DNA of 64,000 nucleotides from the NCBI GenBank assembly GCA_030704615.1, contig CM060732.1, positions 77,376,001 through 77,440,000 on the forward strand, in the 5' to 3' direction. This DNA is from Takakia lepidozioides. Taxonomy: Eukaryota > Plantae > Bryophyta. Both the position numbers and the translations under genes were made by a program. A model generated the notes under the pieces. That model saw only the letters and a program-made list of their open reading frames with translations, searched no databases and was not told where the DNA came from. Shown here in pieces: positions 51,173 through 63,976 of the stretch; positions within the stretch are counted from its first letter, which is position 1, and each line of letters begins with the position of its first letter.

Positions 51173-51954
51173 ATCCCCTTCAATTTGATGTGGGAAAGCC
51201 GGCTGGAGGTCTAGTCTCACTTTCACTCATCTAATGTCAGGGATGCCTCGGCGTGAGCCTGGTCAAGTGAGCGCGTGAGCGCAACTGCGCTCACGCCACG
51301 TCACCTTGCGCCAATGCCACATCACGGGGCTCACTCCACGTCGTCACACTTGAAGGCCGCGTCACCACGCGCCCAGGAAGAAGTGGAGTGTATTCCCGCG
51401 GATTGGCACCATTTACCGCGGAAACAAGCTGGACGACATAATAAAAGGCAGTGGTCAGAAAGCAACAGATGAATAAAGGATGGATGAATCTCCAGTTGGA
51501 TGATAAACAGATGGATGAGTGTGAAAAATGAAATGTAGATGGATGAATGAGAGATGGATAAGAGTCAAATGGATGAATGTATAATGGATGTTGAACAATG
51601 GAAAACATTTATGACAGGAAGATGTATGACTAAAACTTTAGACGAATGCACAACGTATATGACATGAGTGTGGTAGGTTTGTGGGGTGGATTAAAGAGTA
51701 CAGAGGATGAATGTACAATGGATGTTGAACAAATGAAAACATTCATGAATGGAGCACGCATGAATACATTGTAGATGAAAGCACAATGGATATGACAAGA
51801 GTGAGGGAGGTTTGTGAGATGGATTCATACATATTGCAATTTAAATGATAGTTGATTCTTTGATTATTTTTCTTTACAAAAGAACAACTACGGTGGAGGA
51901 AGGGGATTCAACGTTTTCCAAAGAGGTTGAAACAGAATATTAAAAAAATATAGT

Positions 51955-52857
51955 TCAGTCTGACTCAGAGTCAGTACAATGTATCCCCGCTTCCTCTGCA
52001 TCTAAGTCTAAGTATTTAAGAACTCCGGATCTACGCTGCCTACACCTACGGCCGGGCAGTAAAAAGTTAGGGGATAGGGACCCGGCCGCGTGAAGTGCCA
52101 TTGCTTCGGCATAATCAGGAAGCAGAAAATTGGAAAGGGGACTGTCGAAAACAGACTCGCCACAAATGAGTGTATCTCCTGAAGATCCACCGCTGCCTTT
52201 CCTGAAAGACAGCCTGAAAAAGTTATTACTGTAACTTTGATGTTATTGAGAAAATGAGTATGGCTCCCAAAGTGGGTTTAGCACTTACTCACATGAAAAG
52301 TCGTTGTCGACCTGCTTATCTTCGGGATCGTCATCATTTCGAATTTGAATCCGATCAGTCTGTGTGCCTGAAGTGGAGGTAGACAAAAGGGGGATGAGCA
52401 TTGTGTTGTAGAGGTCAGAATCACCCTCCATGCCAAAAAGGTTTCTTCCGCCTGCCTTGCATGCATGGTAAGTTGCTCCTGCACCAGACATGAGGACATG
52501 AACAGTTTGGTGGGGGGGATTTAAGCAAATGGAACTGGTGAAAGAAAATCAATTCGGAAAGGAGAGAACGAACCTGTGGACACAGAAAGATCGACCACCC
52601 GTGCAGAGTGGTGGCTGCATGACTCCAGCAGTATTTGCATGAACGCTGGGGATTTTTCCTTTGCACCTCTCCAGGGAGTGCCATCTGGTCTCTTCAGAGT
52701 CTGACTGGACTGCATGAAGTTACAAAATGTCATCGACATGCGGCTCATATGGGGGGTTGACGAAACAACCCTGGTCAGAAATCTCAAAGCTGCGGATGGA
52801 GGATGGTGTCTTTGAGGTGCGAATCCTCCGCAGGCAGATCGCCTCGAACATCCTCGT
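51955..52857 (-). pseudogene. Intron-containing gene fragment resembling the C-terminal AdoMet-binding half of beta-class N4/N6 DNA methyltransferases
   Basis: Exons 52857-52574 and 52478-~52290 join in frame across a 95-nt GT-AG intron: PWRGAKEKSPAFMQILLESCSHHSARVVDLSVSTG|ATYHACKAGGRNLFGMEGD. Frameshift near 52722; third exon tentative. Confidence 0.6.
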
Positions 52858-52990
52858 CTGCCAAAGATAGCAGGTTAGTGTGGTAAACACAATCTATAGT
52901 GGAAGTGTGTACATCGGCTATTCAGAACTCAGACATAAAACAATCATTTTTATCACGAATCGATGATGATCGATGTCGATCATGACAGAT

Positions 52991-54260
52991 TGAACAAATG
53001 ATTCATTGGCCAAGATGGCCGGATCTCGGGTGTTCAAGATGCTTGCATCCCCTACATGAACAAACCTCGCCCTCCCACCCTCTTTTATCATGACTGATTG
53101 GGGGAAGCTATGACAAAAATGGAAATGTTAGATGGTGCCCTATTTTGGGTTGTTTATGTCTTTAATTGACAATGACCCTAACGGGTCTTGTCCATGTCTT
53201 GACATGACATGAATATCTTCCCTCTCTCTTTTTAACTTTTTCTGCAGAGGGGTCAACACTGAGGTTAAGAAAACCATGCTTTGTCGCATTATTAGACCTG
53301 CCTTGGAGTACGGATCTGCAATATGGGTTGATAAATCTGACTTAGAGGCTGTAGTGTCGAAAGCCATGTCTGAGATTGTCTGATGAAAATGAAGTTAGGC
53401 AGAAAACTTCCCTGAACTTGTTTCCAGTCTGTGACATGGGGGGATGACCTCAAGGGTCTACCCACTCTCGGCACTAGACTGAAATTTAAACTCAGGGCAG
53501 GAAGCCTACCTTTGAACAACAAACAGAAGCAGAGAGGAAAGGGAGAGTGCAATTGCCCGTCGTGTGGGCAATCTGAAGACAATACTCATTTTCTGATACA
53601 CTGTCCGGGGTTCTCTCACCAAAAAGACGCTCTCTTCAAATCTATCAAGGGAATTGTGCCTGTACCTTTGTTTACCAACTTTGAAAGTCTCAAGGCTGAG
53701 CCAAAAGCCCAGGCCCTCCCGAGGCCTAGTTATTGGGCAAATCACACACAACAGATTGATGCTTGTGTGAATGGATTTCTAGAGGATATCTGCAAAACCC
53801 AGATTAATTCTATATATGAAGGTAAGTCTTACTACCAACGTGAGCCCCTGACAGAGGCAGGTTCTGTCCCTTTTGTTTCCGCTCAAACTGGGCGCGGGGT
53901 CAATGGCCACAAGGCTACGGCAAACAACGTCTTATGAGTACAATCTTTTTAACTTTTCTCTGCACCCTCTCTCCATTGTAGTTTGTTTATTTTTGTGAGC
54001 AGCATAAAAGAGAGGGAAAATATTCATGTCATGTCAAGACATGGACAAGACCCACTAGGGTCATTGTCAATTAAAGACATAAACAACCCAAAACAGGGCA
54101 CCATTTAACATTTCCATTCTTGTCATAGCTTCCCATGAATTGACATCACCCAATCAGTCATGATAAAACAGGGTGGGAGGGCGGGGTTTGTTCATGTAGG
54201 GGATGCAAGCATCTTGAACACCCGAGATCCGGCCATCTTGGCCAATGAATCATGTGTTCA
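52991..54260. mobile_element. Foldback/MITE-like element with ~240-bp inverted arms (52991-53229 and 54010-54260)
   Basis: The arms are near-perfect reverse complements apart from one short indel. Confidence 0.85.
53243..53945 (+). mobile_element. 5'-truncated LINE fragment inserted in the foldback centre
   Basis: IIRPALEYGSAIW (RT thumb), KFKLRAG...CPSC...EDNTHFLIHC; flanked by the duplicated sequence tctttttaactttt (probable TSD). Confidence 0.8.
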
Positions 54261-54769
54261 TGTGTGGGACAAGATAAGATATTGTTGCCCCTGTGCGCAA
54301 GGCCTCTTGGTTCAGCCTGCACACATACCTTACCAGCAGGTCATGTATTGAAGGAGCATAAAAATGCTGAGGTCATGCAAAGGGCAAGGAACCATGGTCC
54401 AGCCTGCCCTATTACCATTTCAAGACACGTTTTCACACATACATCTTGGATATGACCCATAGATTGCAACATCTTACCTTTTCAGCCATTAATTATGGCA
54501 GGTCATGCATCAGCCAAGGCATAAGGACCGGCCTGCAATTTGTCAGAATCACAATATGCCACCAAGCAGTCCTACTTGGGCATGATGAAATAAATTCCAT
54601 ATCATTTGTATTCACCCCGAGACATATCTTCCCACTACAGTGCCTCTATTAAACGGGCTTTGTACTTGAAACCACCATATTTGCTGTCTGAAATTCCAAA
54701 GATCACATACAGCTGGTTATGAGCTCCTGACTGATAGATGGAGTTGAAGAAGCAAGGAGACAGCTTCTA

Positions 54770-54963
54770 GCGGGCAGTTGTAGTAGGAGGATTGCCAGAG
54801 ACTCAGGAAATGCTGGACTGTTGTGGGGAGCATAACATTACAGCCCTGATTGAAGTGATTCCCATGTCAGACATAAACAAGGCCATGGAAAGACTCTGTA
54901 AGTCTGATGTCTTGAAAGTATCGTTTTGTGATTGATATTGGGAACACTCTCAAGGAGACATGA
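54770..54963 (+). pseudogene. CAD: C-terminal fragment of a cinnamyl alcohol dehydrogenase-like protein, frameshifted
   Basis: [57 protein letters not shown]. Confidence 0.8.
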
Positions 54964-56216
54964 ACCAACTCGGCCCTGAACACAAAAACTGCAAGCAGGT
55001 GCAGCAGCCTATGACATGATCCTTACACTGAAAATTGAATTATGATAGCACTCTGTATGTAGATTCCAAAAACGTTTACACTTGCACTTACACTCTCTAC
55101 ACAAATCGAAGCTATGTCTGCCTTCATTACCATGAGGTCTGATCCATTTATTGAAGGTGTGAGGTCAGGGAGGCACAGGAGGTGGAGGAGGGTTCGTCAC
55201 TACCCTAAGGATATGGATAGTTGAGGGAAAGATAGGTGTGGGGTCTTCCGTCACTTCGTTCGCAAAGCGTCGGTAGGGACTGCGGAAGACATACTTTAAA
55301 TTGGTTGCTTTCTTAATAGTCCAATCGGGAGCATCCAGCGGTTGGTACAATGTACGCGCGCTTCGTCTTGTCGACCAAAACATCTGGGTTATACACCAGA
55401 TGGCGAAACGATGTGATCATAGCAAAGCAAAAACGCTAAACTCACCACCGCAAGCGTTGGGAACAAGTGCAACTCTTCTAGCTTCAGCTTTTCAGCGTAG
55501 TATCGGAGTCTGCCAAAACACCTCCTTGGTTCAAAATGTGCAGAGTCTCTTCCAGTTGTCCAACCTCACATTGTGTCACGTGTCCAGAAGTGCCCGAGGA
55601 GATCTTGAGGACTCCCTCTCTTGGTCCTCTTTGAGAAGCGATGGTCATGGTGGAGGTGCCTGATTTAATCAACTGTGCTGCCACTGCTACCAGTTGACCA
55701 TCTACCCAAACTAACTATCAATACATAGTGGCTCAATAGTACTCTTGTGCTGGAAAATCTGCCCTTCTCAGCCCACACTTCATCCAAGCCTCCTTGAGCC
55801 ATCCATGATTTGACCACAAGAATGAATAGATCCTCCCCCTGCTAGTAACCGACAATGACTACCGCGTTAGAAGAAAGCACTGGAATGATGGATGTCAGCG
55901 CCAGTGCCAGCGCCATCCCCCCGTAACGTTCTCGACGAAGAAACACCCTGCGTGGCATGCATGCACTGCCGAGCATGACATCTGGATGTTTGGACGCTAG
56001 ACACCTGCTTTGCCGTTGGGCTGTCCTTGATCCACCCTGATCCACCGCAAACCCGAGCTTATAAGCTCATCTCCTCAGCGTTTCATGCATATCGACTTCT
56101 ATACTCTCTCTCCCTCTCACATTGCATTGAATCGGATTTTGTGAGCTTACAACGATTTTTCATCTCTCAAGTTTTTTGCCTCTTTCAGCTTCCATCTTTG
56201 TTTCCGACTCTTGAAA

Positions 56217-57028
56217 ATGTCGACCTGGGAAGACACCAAGAACACTGCCGCCCAGAAGACGGGGGAGACTGCGGATTATGCCCAGTCCAAGGCTGGAGAT
56301 GTCCAGGACGCCACCAAGGTGTGCACCTGCAGCTGCTCTGTTTCTGGAACTCATGTAGATGGACTGCTATAGTTTATTAAGTTGTGTTCCATAAGGTATT
56401 TCCATTTCGAGGGAAGATGAGTGCGTGCTTGCAGCCCCGTGAAAGAGCACTGGTCCTATCTTTCCTTATCTCTGTCTAGTGTCCTTTCGTAATACTACTG
56501 TTCAGATCATGATTGGGGGCTCCACTTCCAGAAGCATGAGCTGATCAATTCGTTGCCGTTGACGTGCAGAATGGTGCTGGCGAGACCCAGAAGCAAGCTC
56601 AAGGTATAGCTGGCGCTACTCAAGAAAAGGCTTCAAATGCATACGCCGGAAGCAAGGATGCTCTTTCAGATGCTACGCAAGCTACACAGAACAAGGCTTC
56701 TGAGGCTACCGATGCTTCTAGCAACCTGCTCCAGAAGGTATAATTCTCATTCAAGCACATTTTCGATGTTGACGTAAATCAGCACCCCCTCTCTCTCCTC
56801 TCTAACCTAAACATACCATCTCCGCCTCGCTTCCGCCTTCTGATTTCGTTTTGCATTTGGGGATCTTACGCTACGGAGGATTGAGAGACAGCAGGAGAAG
56901 TCCTCGCTAGAGTTGCATCGATCTTTTGATGTGCTTTACATGATATTTGCTGGATTTGTTTGCAGACTGGTGATGCATTGAACAACACGTACCAGAGTGT
57001 GAAGGAGACGTTGACGGGATCTAACTAG
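56217..57028 (+). CDS. Group 3 (LEA_4-like) late embryogenesis abundant protein, 110 aa; exons 56217-56318, 56570-56737, 56966-57028
   Basis: GT-AG introns give an open frame MSTWEDTKNTAAQKTGETADYAQSKAGDVQDATK/NGAGETQKQAQ...SSNLLQK/TGDALNNTYQSVKETLTGSN*, rich in A/T/K/Q/D; TATA-like TTATAAG near 56059. Confidence 0.85.
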
Positions 57029-60000
57029 ACATTAGTTCGGTGTGTAGCATTCAGCTTTAGTTCATCAGTTCTGCAACCATTTATTCATGTGAGCATTTGC
57101 CTGAAAGGCTTCCTTCACAAATCGAAGAGCTTGGATTGTCTCTTACAGCTGTCAATATTTTGCAAATGCACGTAAAAGGACAATGTTCATGGATTTGAGA
57201 AATGTGACGTTCCATCTGTACTTTTCTACTGTTTCTTAAAACATCGTGTCCTCCATAGAGTTGAGTTGGAGGAGCATTCGGCGAAGTAGTTTGCGGCAAC
57301 TTGTAAACCAAATCAACATCACTCCCACCTGCACTATACTTTTCCTACACTTTTCCTACAGATGCTTTTTAGCTAGCAACAACTTAATTCTTAATCAATG
57401 TTCCTGAATTCTACCCCCCTGCAAGAATTGTATGTTGCATACATCCTTGGACCATATGCAAAGAGACAGCAAAAACACTTCTATATCAAATGTCCCAAAA
57501 TGGAGGTATGTTTGCACCCCAATGTCACCAAGAAATCTAAACCTACATTTACGCTTCTAAACAATAATTGCAGCGCAACATCTGTATAATTTCCCTCTTC
57601 CATTTCATGGTCCGAGACGGATGTGGCCGAGCTCTCATCTTCCGCAGTTGAACCAGTTTTCAGTTTATGTAAATCCTTAATAATCTCAGACATTGTATCA
57701 CAAATGAAGGACTCCATCTTCTCAATGTCGGCAAAGGACAAGCCAATGATTCTTGCACACACTTCTTGGAAGAAAGGAGTGGTGGAGGATGTGACTAAGT
57801 GTGCTATGCACCGAGATAGATCCTGAACAACTTTCTGCATCTGCATCCTATCTGTAAAAAATAAGGATATAGTCCTCGAAGGATTCACCCAGTATCATGG
57901 CTGTGGAGACTGCTTAGGATATATTAACCCCAGGAGGTCGAGCTGTAGCATGGTCAAAATATGAGATACAATTGCAAATAGAACTGGTAGCCTACATCAC
58001 ACCAAAGTTCTCAGCAATCAACAACTTACAGGATGTCCCGATGGCTGCGGACCACTCCCAGAGGCTGCACCAAGCTGATTGGGGTTTCCAAAAGGGGGCA
58101 ATGATCCCTCTGGTGATTGGGAAAATTTTGAAGAGGAGGGACCATAGGTAGGGCGTCTTGGAGGTCCCTGTAAGCCACTGTGCCTGGAGCTGGCCACTGT
58201 CCTTGAGATCCAGCCATAGGTCCAGCTGTGGGCTGCATCGCTCGTGGCTGCCATGCTGGAGTTGTCATTTTATGCTGCACCCGTCCCCCTAAATGAGAGT
58301 CTTGTTGTGAGTATGCTCAAATAAGATGGACCGGTTCCTCCATGGCAATGCCTAGCAAGCAACACTCTTACAAGCTACACAACAAAAATAGACTGAGTTT
58401 TTGAGTTTCTTCAATGGAGTGGATTACAGTGCTAACAACATTGATGCACAAAAATGGGTTAGTACGAGCTCCTTTCCAGGGGAACCCAACATATGGTTGC
58501 CAAATTGACAGCAATATGAGTTAATCTTATGTGGAGGTCTCCAGTATTTAAGGGTTAACAGTGAGCACCCAAAGACCCAAAGCTGGGCCACAAAGCAAAG
58601 GCTAGGTACCCATTGTTGATTCGGCTCCATTGTACCAGAGTGCCCTAACTGGACTGTGGACGACTGTGGGGGTACTCACAGAGCAAACATAATCTTCATA
58701 ATTGAAATGCTCCCTTCAAACTAGGTCAAGCAGCAATAAAATTCCCACGGGATGCAGGGTACTCATACGGCATTGAGACATAATTTCTATGCAGATCTTC
58801 AAAGGTACTGGGACTTGGCTTTTTGTTTAGCAGACATGGCAATTAACTATAATTAGTGGATGACAATGGAAGTTCACTGTACTATAATCACCTGTACAAC
58901 GTATCAACTTGACTCTTTTTTTTTGGTTGTCACAAGTTTGAGGAAGCCACAAAAAGAATTCAGACACGTTTCAAGACACAAGAAGGGCGCGCAAAGCGGC
59001 CTCACTTTCGAAGCCCCATACTTGGCACTGAAGGTTTTGCTAACACAAAACTGATCACTGCTGATGAAGAGGAACAAGAAACAAATGTGGAAGTGGAGGG
59101 AGAGAATTCTTGAAATTTTAGGAATAGTAACAAGAAATATGTGTGCTGCATTCAACTCGAATACAGCAATAATTCGAAAGGAACTCAAAATTACAGCTCC
59201 AGGGAACCACACTTACATACTGGTTCCATGTTAAATGCAATGATTCCCTATTGCCAACATGCACATCGCCACGGCAGGTTTACACGGGTCTGCTGAAACT
59301 TGCAAATGCAAGTCTAAGATGCCCTTCAAAACTGAACACTCTCCGAGGGCCTCACCCTGCGTAAAAAAACAGCCAAGATTTTTCAACCATCGATGGCTGG
59401 GATCTGCCAAGATTTTGACTGTAACGAAGGTCATGCAAGCCTTGGGAAAACTGACTTGCAAACTCGTCATTGCCTGCACTTGGAGACAAGTCTTTGTCAC
59501 TCATGGCTTCACACTACATAGGAGCTGTAGAGCAAGGTAGGAGACCAGGAGCCACAAGAAAGAGGCAAAGACAGCCGCCGAGAAGCCAAGTTAAGTTTTG
59601 CCCACTCGAGAAGATTTGGGGCCTGCTACTACCATGGCCCCAAATCTATTGTTCTTTGTCATCATCTGCTCAAGGCACTGCCATTCACAAACTAATGACT
59701 TCGTTCAGAGATGGGTCATTGTGGATGAACGGCACCAGTTCAGCAAAGTCGAAGCCAGCTTCAGTAGTGAAGGTTCGCTAGAGATCTGAGTTGTATGGGC
59801 ACAACACATTATGTTAAGGGGTCTCCTCCTGCAGCAATGCTGAGAGTATCGACTCAGTCTTTAGTAGACCCCATGGAGGTTGAGCTTTTCATTAACATTT
59901 TCAGCTTTTCATGCAGTTTAAATAATGTAAACTCTTATCGCTAAGTAACTCTGGTAGCTCTCAAGTACCATTGAAATTTCTGTGAAGTTAGCACCAGGTT

Positions 60001-61242
60001 TACTTTGCCGGTAGCTTCAGCTTTCAGGTTTGAACTTGAACTGTGAAGATTTCTCTTGTAAACCCTCTTACCTTGCATCACCTGCCAGTCGTTTGATGTG
60101 CAGTTGGATGTGTTGAGGTCCTCACAGAGTCTTCAATGTGGATGCTGCTTGCCAAATTGTGCCCACTTCAGCCTCCAAGAATGACACAGGTCTTACGTAT
60201 GCTCGTTTAAGAGCTGTTGGTTAAAGGTAGGCCGTCAAGCAATTTAATGGATGTCCAGTCCTCCGGCGTGAGGAGCACCAGTGCCACTTGTGCTAGGGAC
60301 ACAAGAGGGAAATTGAAAACGAAGAACATTCCTTCTTTCTTTGTCCTTTCTACCATTTGGTGGAGATACTTTGTCCATCCAAGTCCTTCCATTACGAGGA
60401 TCTGAAATGCTTGGCAGCATATCTACGCGAGGCGTGGACTCCGAGACACGCCCTTGATCAATAGTTGTTGTTGGGCTGCGTGTTCAGGCCCCAACTCTCT
60501 TCTTGTTTCATGCTTTCTCTTGTCCCATAAGCTCTTCATGAGTAGTAAAAATTGCAGTGTGCTGCTGTTAGTGCATCTTTCTGTAATGAAATCCGACAGA
60601 AATGGATAAAGGGAACTGTTGCCTTTTCATATAATCGCATACAAAGCAACCGAATCCATTCCAGACAGAACTGGAGCTCATTCGGCATAAGACTGCTTCT
60701 CGCTTGGGGCCAAACGTCATCGAATGAAGCTTACTCCATTGCGTCTTCAATGAACCGATTTAGAAACTGATGAACACCCCGAGCTCGGTGACATTCCAGA
60801 ATGGCCCCACACCATGCTTCTAGCTTTTTTTTTTTCCTCCTCCTTTTCTATTTGAACAGCAACGGTCCTGGGTTCGAATAAACGAATAGGTTTGTGCAGC
60901 TCTCGAAGTTTTGTAGTGAAGACTTGCAGGAAAAGCGTGTCAGTGAGGAATTTGTGTACAATTGACGCGAGAGGACAGTTTGGATTTGTGGACTTGTTGG
61001 ATTGCAGTAAAGATTTGGCATATCTCAGTGGCTGCAGACAAGACAAGTTTGTGATCGTAGTACATAAATGAGATCCCTTCTGCCGAGCCGCCTTCGGTGC
61101 AGTGATCAGCGCCACTCTCCTGTTCATCTCCCGCTCCGCGGGGACGTGGGTTTTTGAGATTGCTCTGTGCTCTTGTTCTGCTCAGGCGTGGCAATACGAT
61201 GCAGCTAGGGTAGAGGAGGTGGGCAGCTCCTAGTGTGCGAGG

Positions 61243-63664
61243 ATGGCGGTCCCTGTGGAAGAAGCCGTGGCAGCTCTTGCCACCTTTTCGTTGGAGGTAT
61301 GCTTGCATTGCTTTCAGGCGCTTCCAGTTGTTCTGAGAATGTGGAGGAAGTCGATGTTAGAATTCGTGGTTTTAAGTTGGGCGACGGAGAACCGTCACTG
61401 TATGTCTAATGATACCAGAGGGGAAAGTGTCGCACATGAAAAATGTCAGATGTTGAGAGAGAGAGAGAGAGAGAGAGATTACATTCGTGGAGACATCTAG
61501 CTCTTGTTGAACTTGTTGGCGCCACATGACTTAGTGCCTCCAGATTGGGTGACTATGTCAGTATGGAACTGCTCACAGCCAATGACTATATAATTTCCAA
61601 CAATCCCATATGGAGGCGAAAGGAAGGACTCAATCTGACTCAGACTAGCATTTTGTTGTGTCTTAAGTAAAATAAGAAGCTGCACCTTGCCCAATCGTTT
61701 CTTGAGCTTTGGGTTTTGTGGGATTTCCGAAAATGTCCCACACTGCAAACGGATGAGAACAGCACACCTGAAGTTATCGCAAAGCCAAACACGCAGTTGC
61801 TTGGCGCCTGGATCCCCAAGTAGATGAACCACCCTGGATCCCAAGCTATAAAATTCATGATCCACCTGCTTGAAGCCAAATGGGAGATGGTGGACGTTTG
61901 TCTACCTAGACAGTATGCACAATCCATGATTGTGTTGATAATAGAGGCTTGTTTAATAGTCATGCCTTTTGTAGTTGGATCTTGAGCCACACACGAAAGG
62001 CCCAACTCCTAGATGGGAGGAATGTCATCTGAAGCGAAATTTGGCTTGACTTCGTCGAGCCCTTGTGGGCCTCCGCCCAAGCCTCCATACAGTAGTCTTA
62101 CTAGATCTTGAAGTCATCTAGACATGTCAAACAATCACAGTTGCCAGGAGCATTAACACTTGCAGCGCTTTAAGGTTCTGGAGATGTTGGGTTCATGACA
62201 TTGGATTTGCAGGTGAGAGGGCAAGGACAGCTGTTGCCATTGTTTGTTTTTCTGTCTACATCCTATCTTAGATATTCAATCTACGATCATTGACAGACAC
62301 CATGCTGAATGGAGGGAATGAACCTACATGAGGGGCCACACCTCAAGACTTCTTTCCTGGTCTTAGAGGAGAGCAACAAGTTCTGGGGTCAATTCATGGC
62401 CGTGAGGAATGTCATCTAAAGATTATTGTCAGGTTGATCTTCCTGGGTCATGTGTGTGTGTGCTTGCTTGCCAGGGGTGATCCAGGCTATGCAATTACTT
62501 AGAGAGATCTAAAGGATGGACAACTGAGCTATCCAAGATATGTTCGAAACTTCTTGCCCACTTGACAGACCCTATCGACTCCTTGGGGTTGATATAATCC
62601 AATGCACAGCTTTTAATATTCTTAAGAGGTCGGGGTATACTTAATGTGGTGCTGAGGAGTCTCATTTGGGATTGCTGAAACGAACTGATGTTGGGCATTT
62701 TCTGTGGACCAGAGTTTTTACCACCTGCCTGCCTGAAATGTCCTATGGCCAACTTCTGTTGATTATGTTCTGAAGTACTTCTATATTCTACGTGGTGTTG
62801 GCAGGATGACCAGCCTGGCATTCAAGGTGTTGCTGTCACTTTAGTTGGTGGTCGAAGCACAACAGAGAGTGTCATAGGTATGAAGCCACTTTTCCCTTAA
62901 TTAAGAGATCCGAAGATACTACACTGTAGAGGAGAGATTCTCTCGTAAGTTAATCAATACATCAGAGGTTTGGCAAGATCCTTACTATCAGTGATCCTCC
63001 CTCTTAGGGCCTTGATTGACCTGTTTCCCTGAGGGTCAACTATCATAGATCAGGTTTCATTTTTGGCCCAAGTGTTGGTTCCTCAGACTCCACTAGGAGA
63101 AGTTTCAGCCATCGGTGACCAACTCATCGAATGGCAAGGTATGCTGCTAGATGTATCTTGCATTGAAGGAGATATGGTTGGTTTGCAGACTATGAAGATG
63201 TTTCTGCTTACCAGCTCTCGCTTGCGGAGGATACAAGTGGGATCATTGAGCTGGTATATTTTCCTCAATTACGAACCACAATCTGAGCTTTCTACATCAG
63301 TGTCATAACCTTCCTGTTAGGAGAATAGAATTATTTTTCAAACTCCCAGAGATCTACAAGCCCGAAAATTTACCTTGTTGGATCGTACTGTACTTGATCT
63401 TGGTAGGGTTGTTATATAACCATCTCTGCACAAGTAATCAGTGCCATCCAACAGTGCTTGTGGGCTCTATTGCCTCAGGGCCGCTGCAAGCAAAATCTTC
63501 CCAGGTAACGTATATTTGTTTGCATGTGATTGGAGGATTTGTGGTTAGTCCTTCACATCTCATCTTGAAACTCTTTCTTGGATCAGGACATACTTTGTCT
63601 GGAGGGGAAGGATATGGTGGCCGTTCTCTACACATATCGTAGCTGTGTCAAAGCGCTACCCCAG
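61243..63664 (+). CDS. PIR: PIR/SRA1/CYFIP (SCAR/WAVE complex subunit), first four exons: 61243-61296, 62805-62877, 63189-63253, 63587-63664; continues beyond the window
   Basis: Spliced frame MAVPVEEAVAALATFSLE-DDQPGIQG...-DYEDVSAYQLSLAEDT...-EGKDMVAVLYTYRSCVKALPQ matches the conserved N-terminus of plant PIR. Confidence 0.93.
61500..62750 (-). mobile_element. Degraded L1-like LINE fragments in PIR intron 1
   Basis: FIYLGIQ resembles the RT-thumb motif F.YLG.P; otherwise fragmented. Confidence 0.35.
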
Positions 63665-63903
63665 GTGCGTGGTTCTCAACATGTCCACATAAATAGACAT
63701 GGATATAGGGTTCCAGTCCTTCTTTGCTCAAAGGAGCATGACTTCGGTTGCAAAAACCAAACGATACCTAGGCGCCAAGTCTCAGCTGTTAGAAGACAAA
63801 TATGTGGAGCTTGCCAAGTCTTCACATGAACGTAGCATACATGATTTGATGCTCAGGACAAAAGTGCTGGGTGTTGGAAACCATGTTGGAAAACCACTGG
63901 CGT

Positions 63904-63976
63904 GTGGTCGGGCTAGGGATTGAACCTAGGACCTCCCCCATTCCGGTGGGGTGCTCTACCACTGAGCTACCCGTCC
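63904..63976 (-). tRNA. tRNA-like sequence (pseudo-tRNA or SINE head), nominal anticodon GGA, in PIR intron 4
   Basis: GGACGGG TA GCTC AGTGGTA GAGC A CCCCA CCGGAAT GGGGG AGGTC CTAGG TTCAATC CCTAG CCCGACC A. A and B boxes good; C33, an acceptor-stem mismatch and a short variable arm argue against a real tRNA-Ser. Confidence 0.6.

Noticed and set aside
54520-54690. Possible Copia RT/RNase H junction fragment (LVAYCDSD, - strand)
   Set aside because: One short motif among stops; insufficient evidence.
55160-55960. Possible secreted or fasciclin-like pseudogene (- strand)
   Set aside because: Only a hydrophobic leader and vague motifs; no consistent frame.
57480-60410. Exon-like minus-strand pieces of an unknown gene
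   Set aside because: Some splice sites look plausible but I could not build a continuous ORF or recognise a product.
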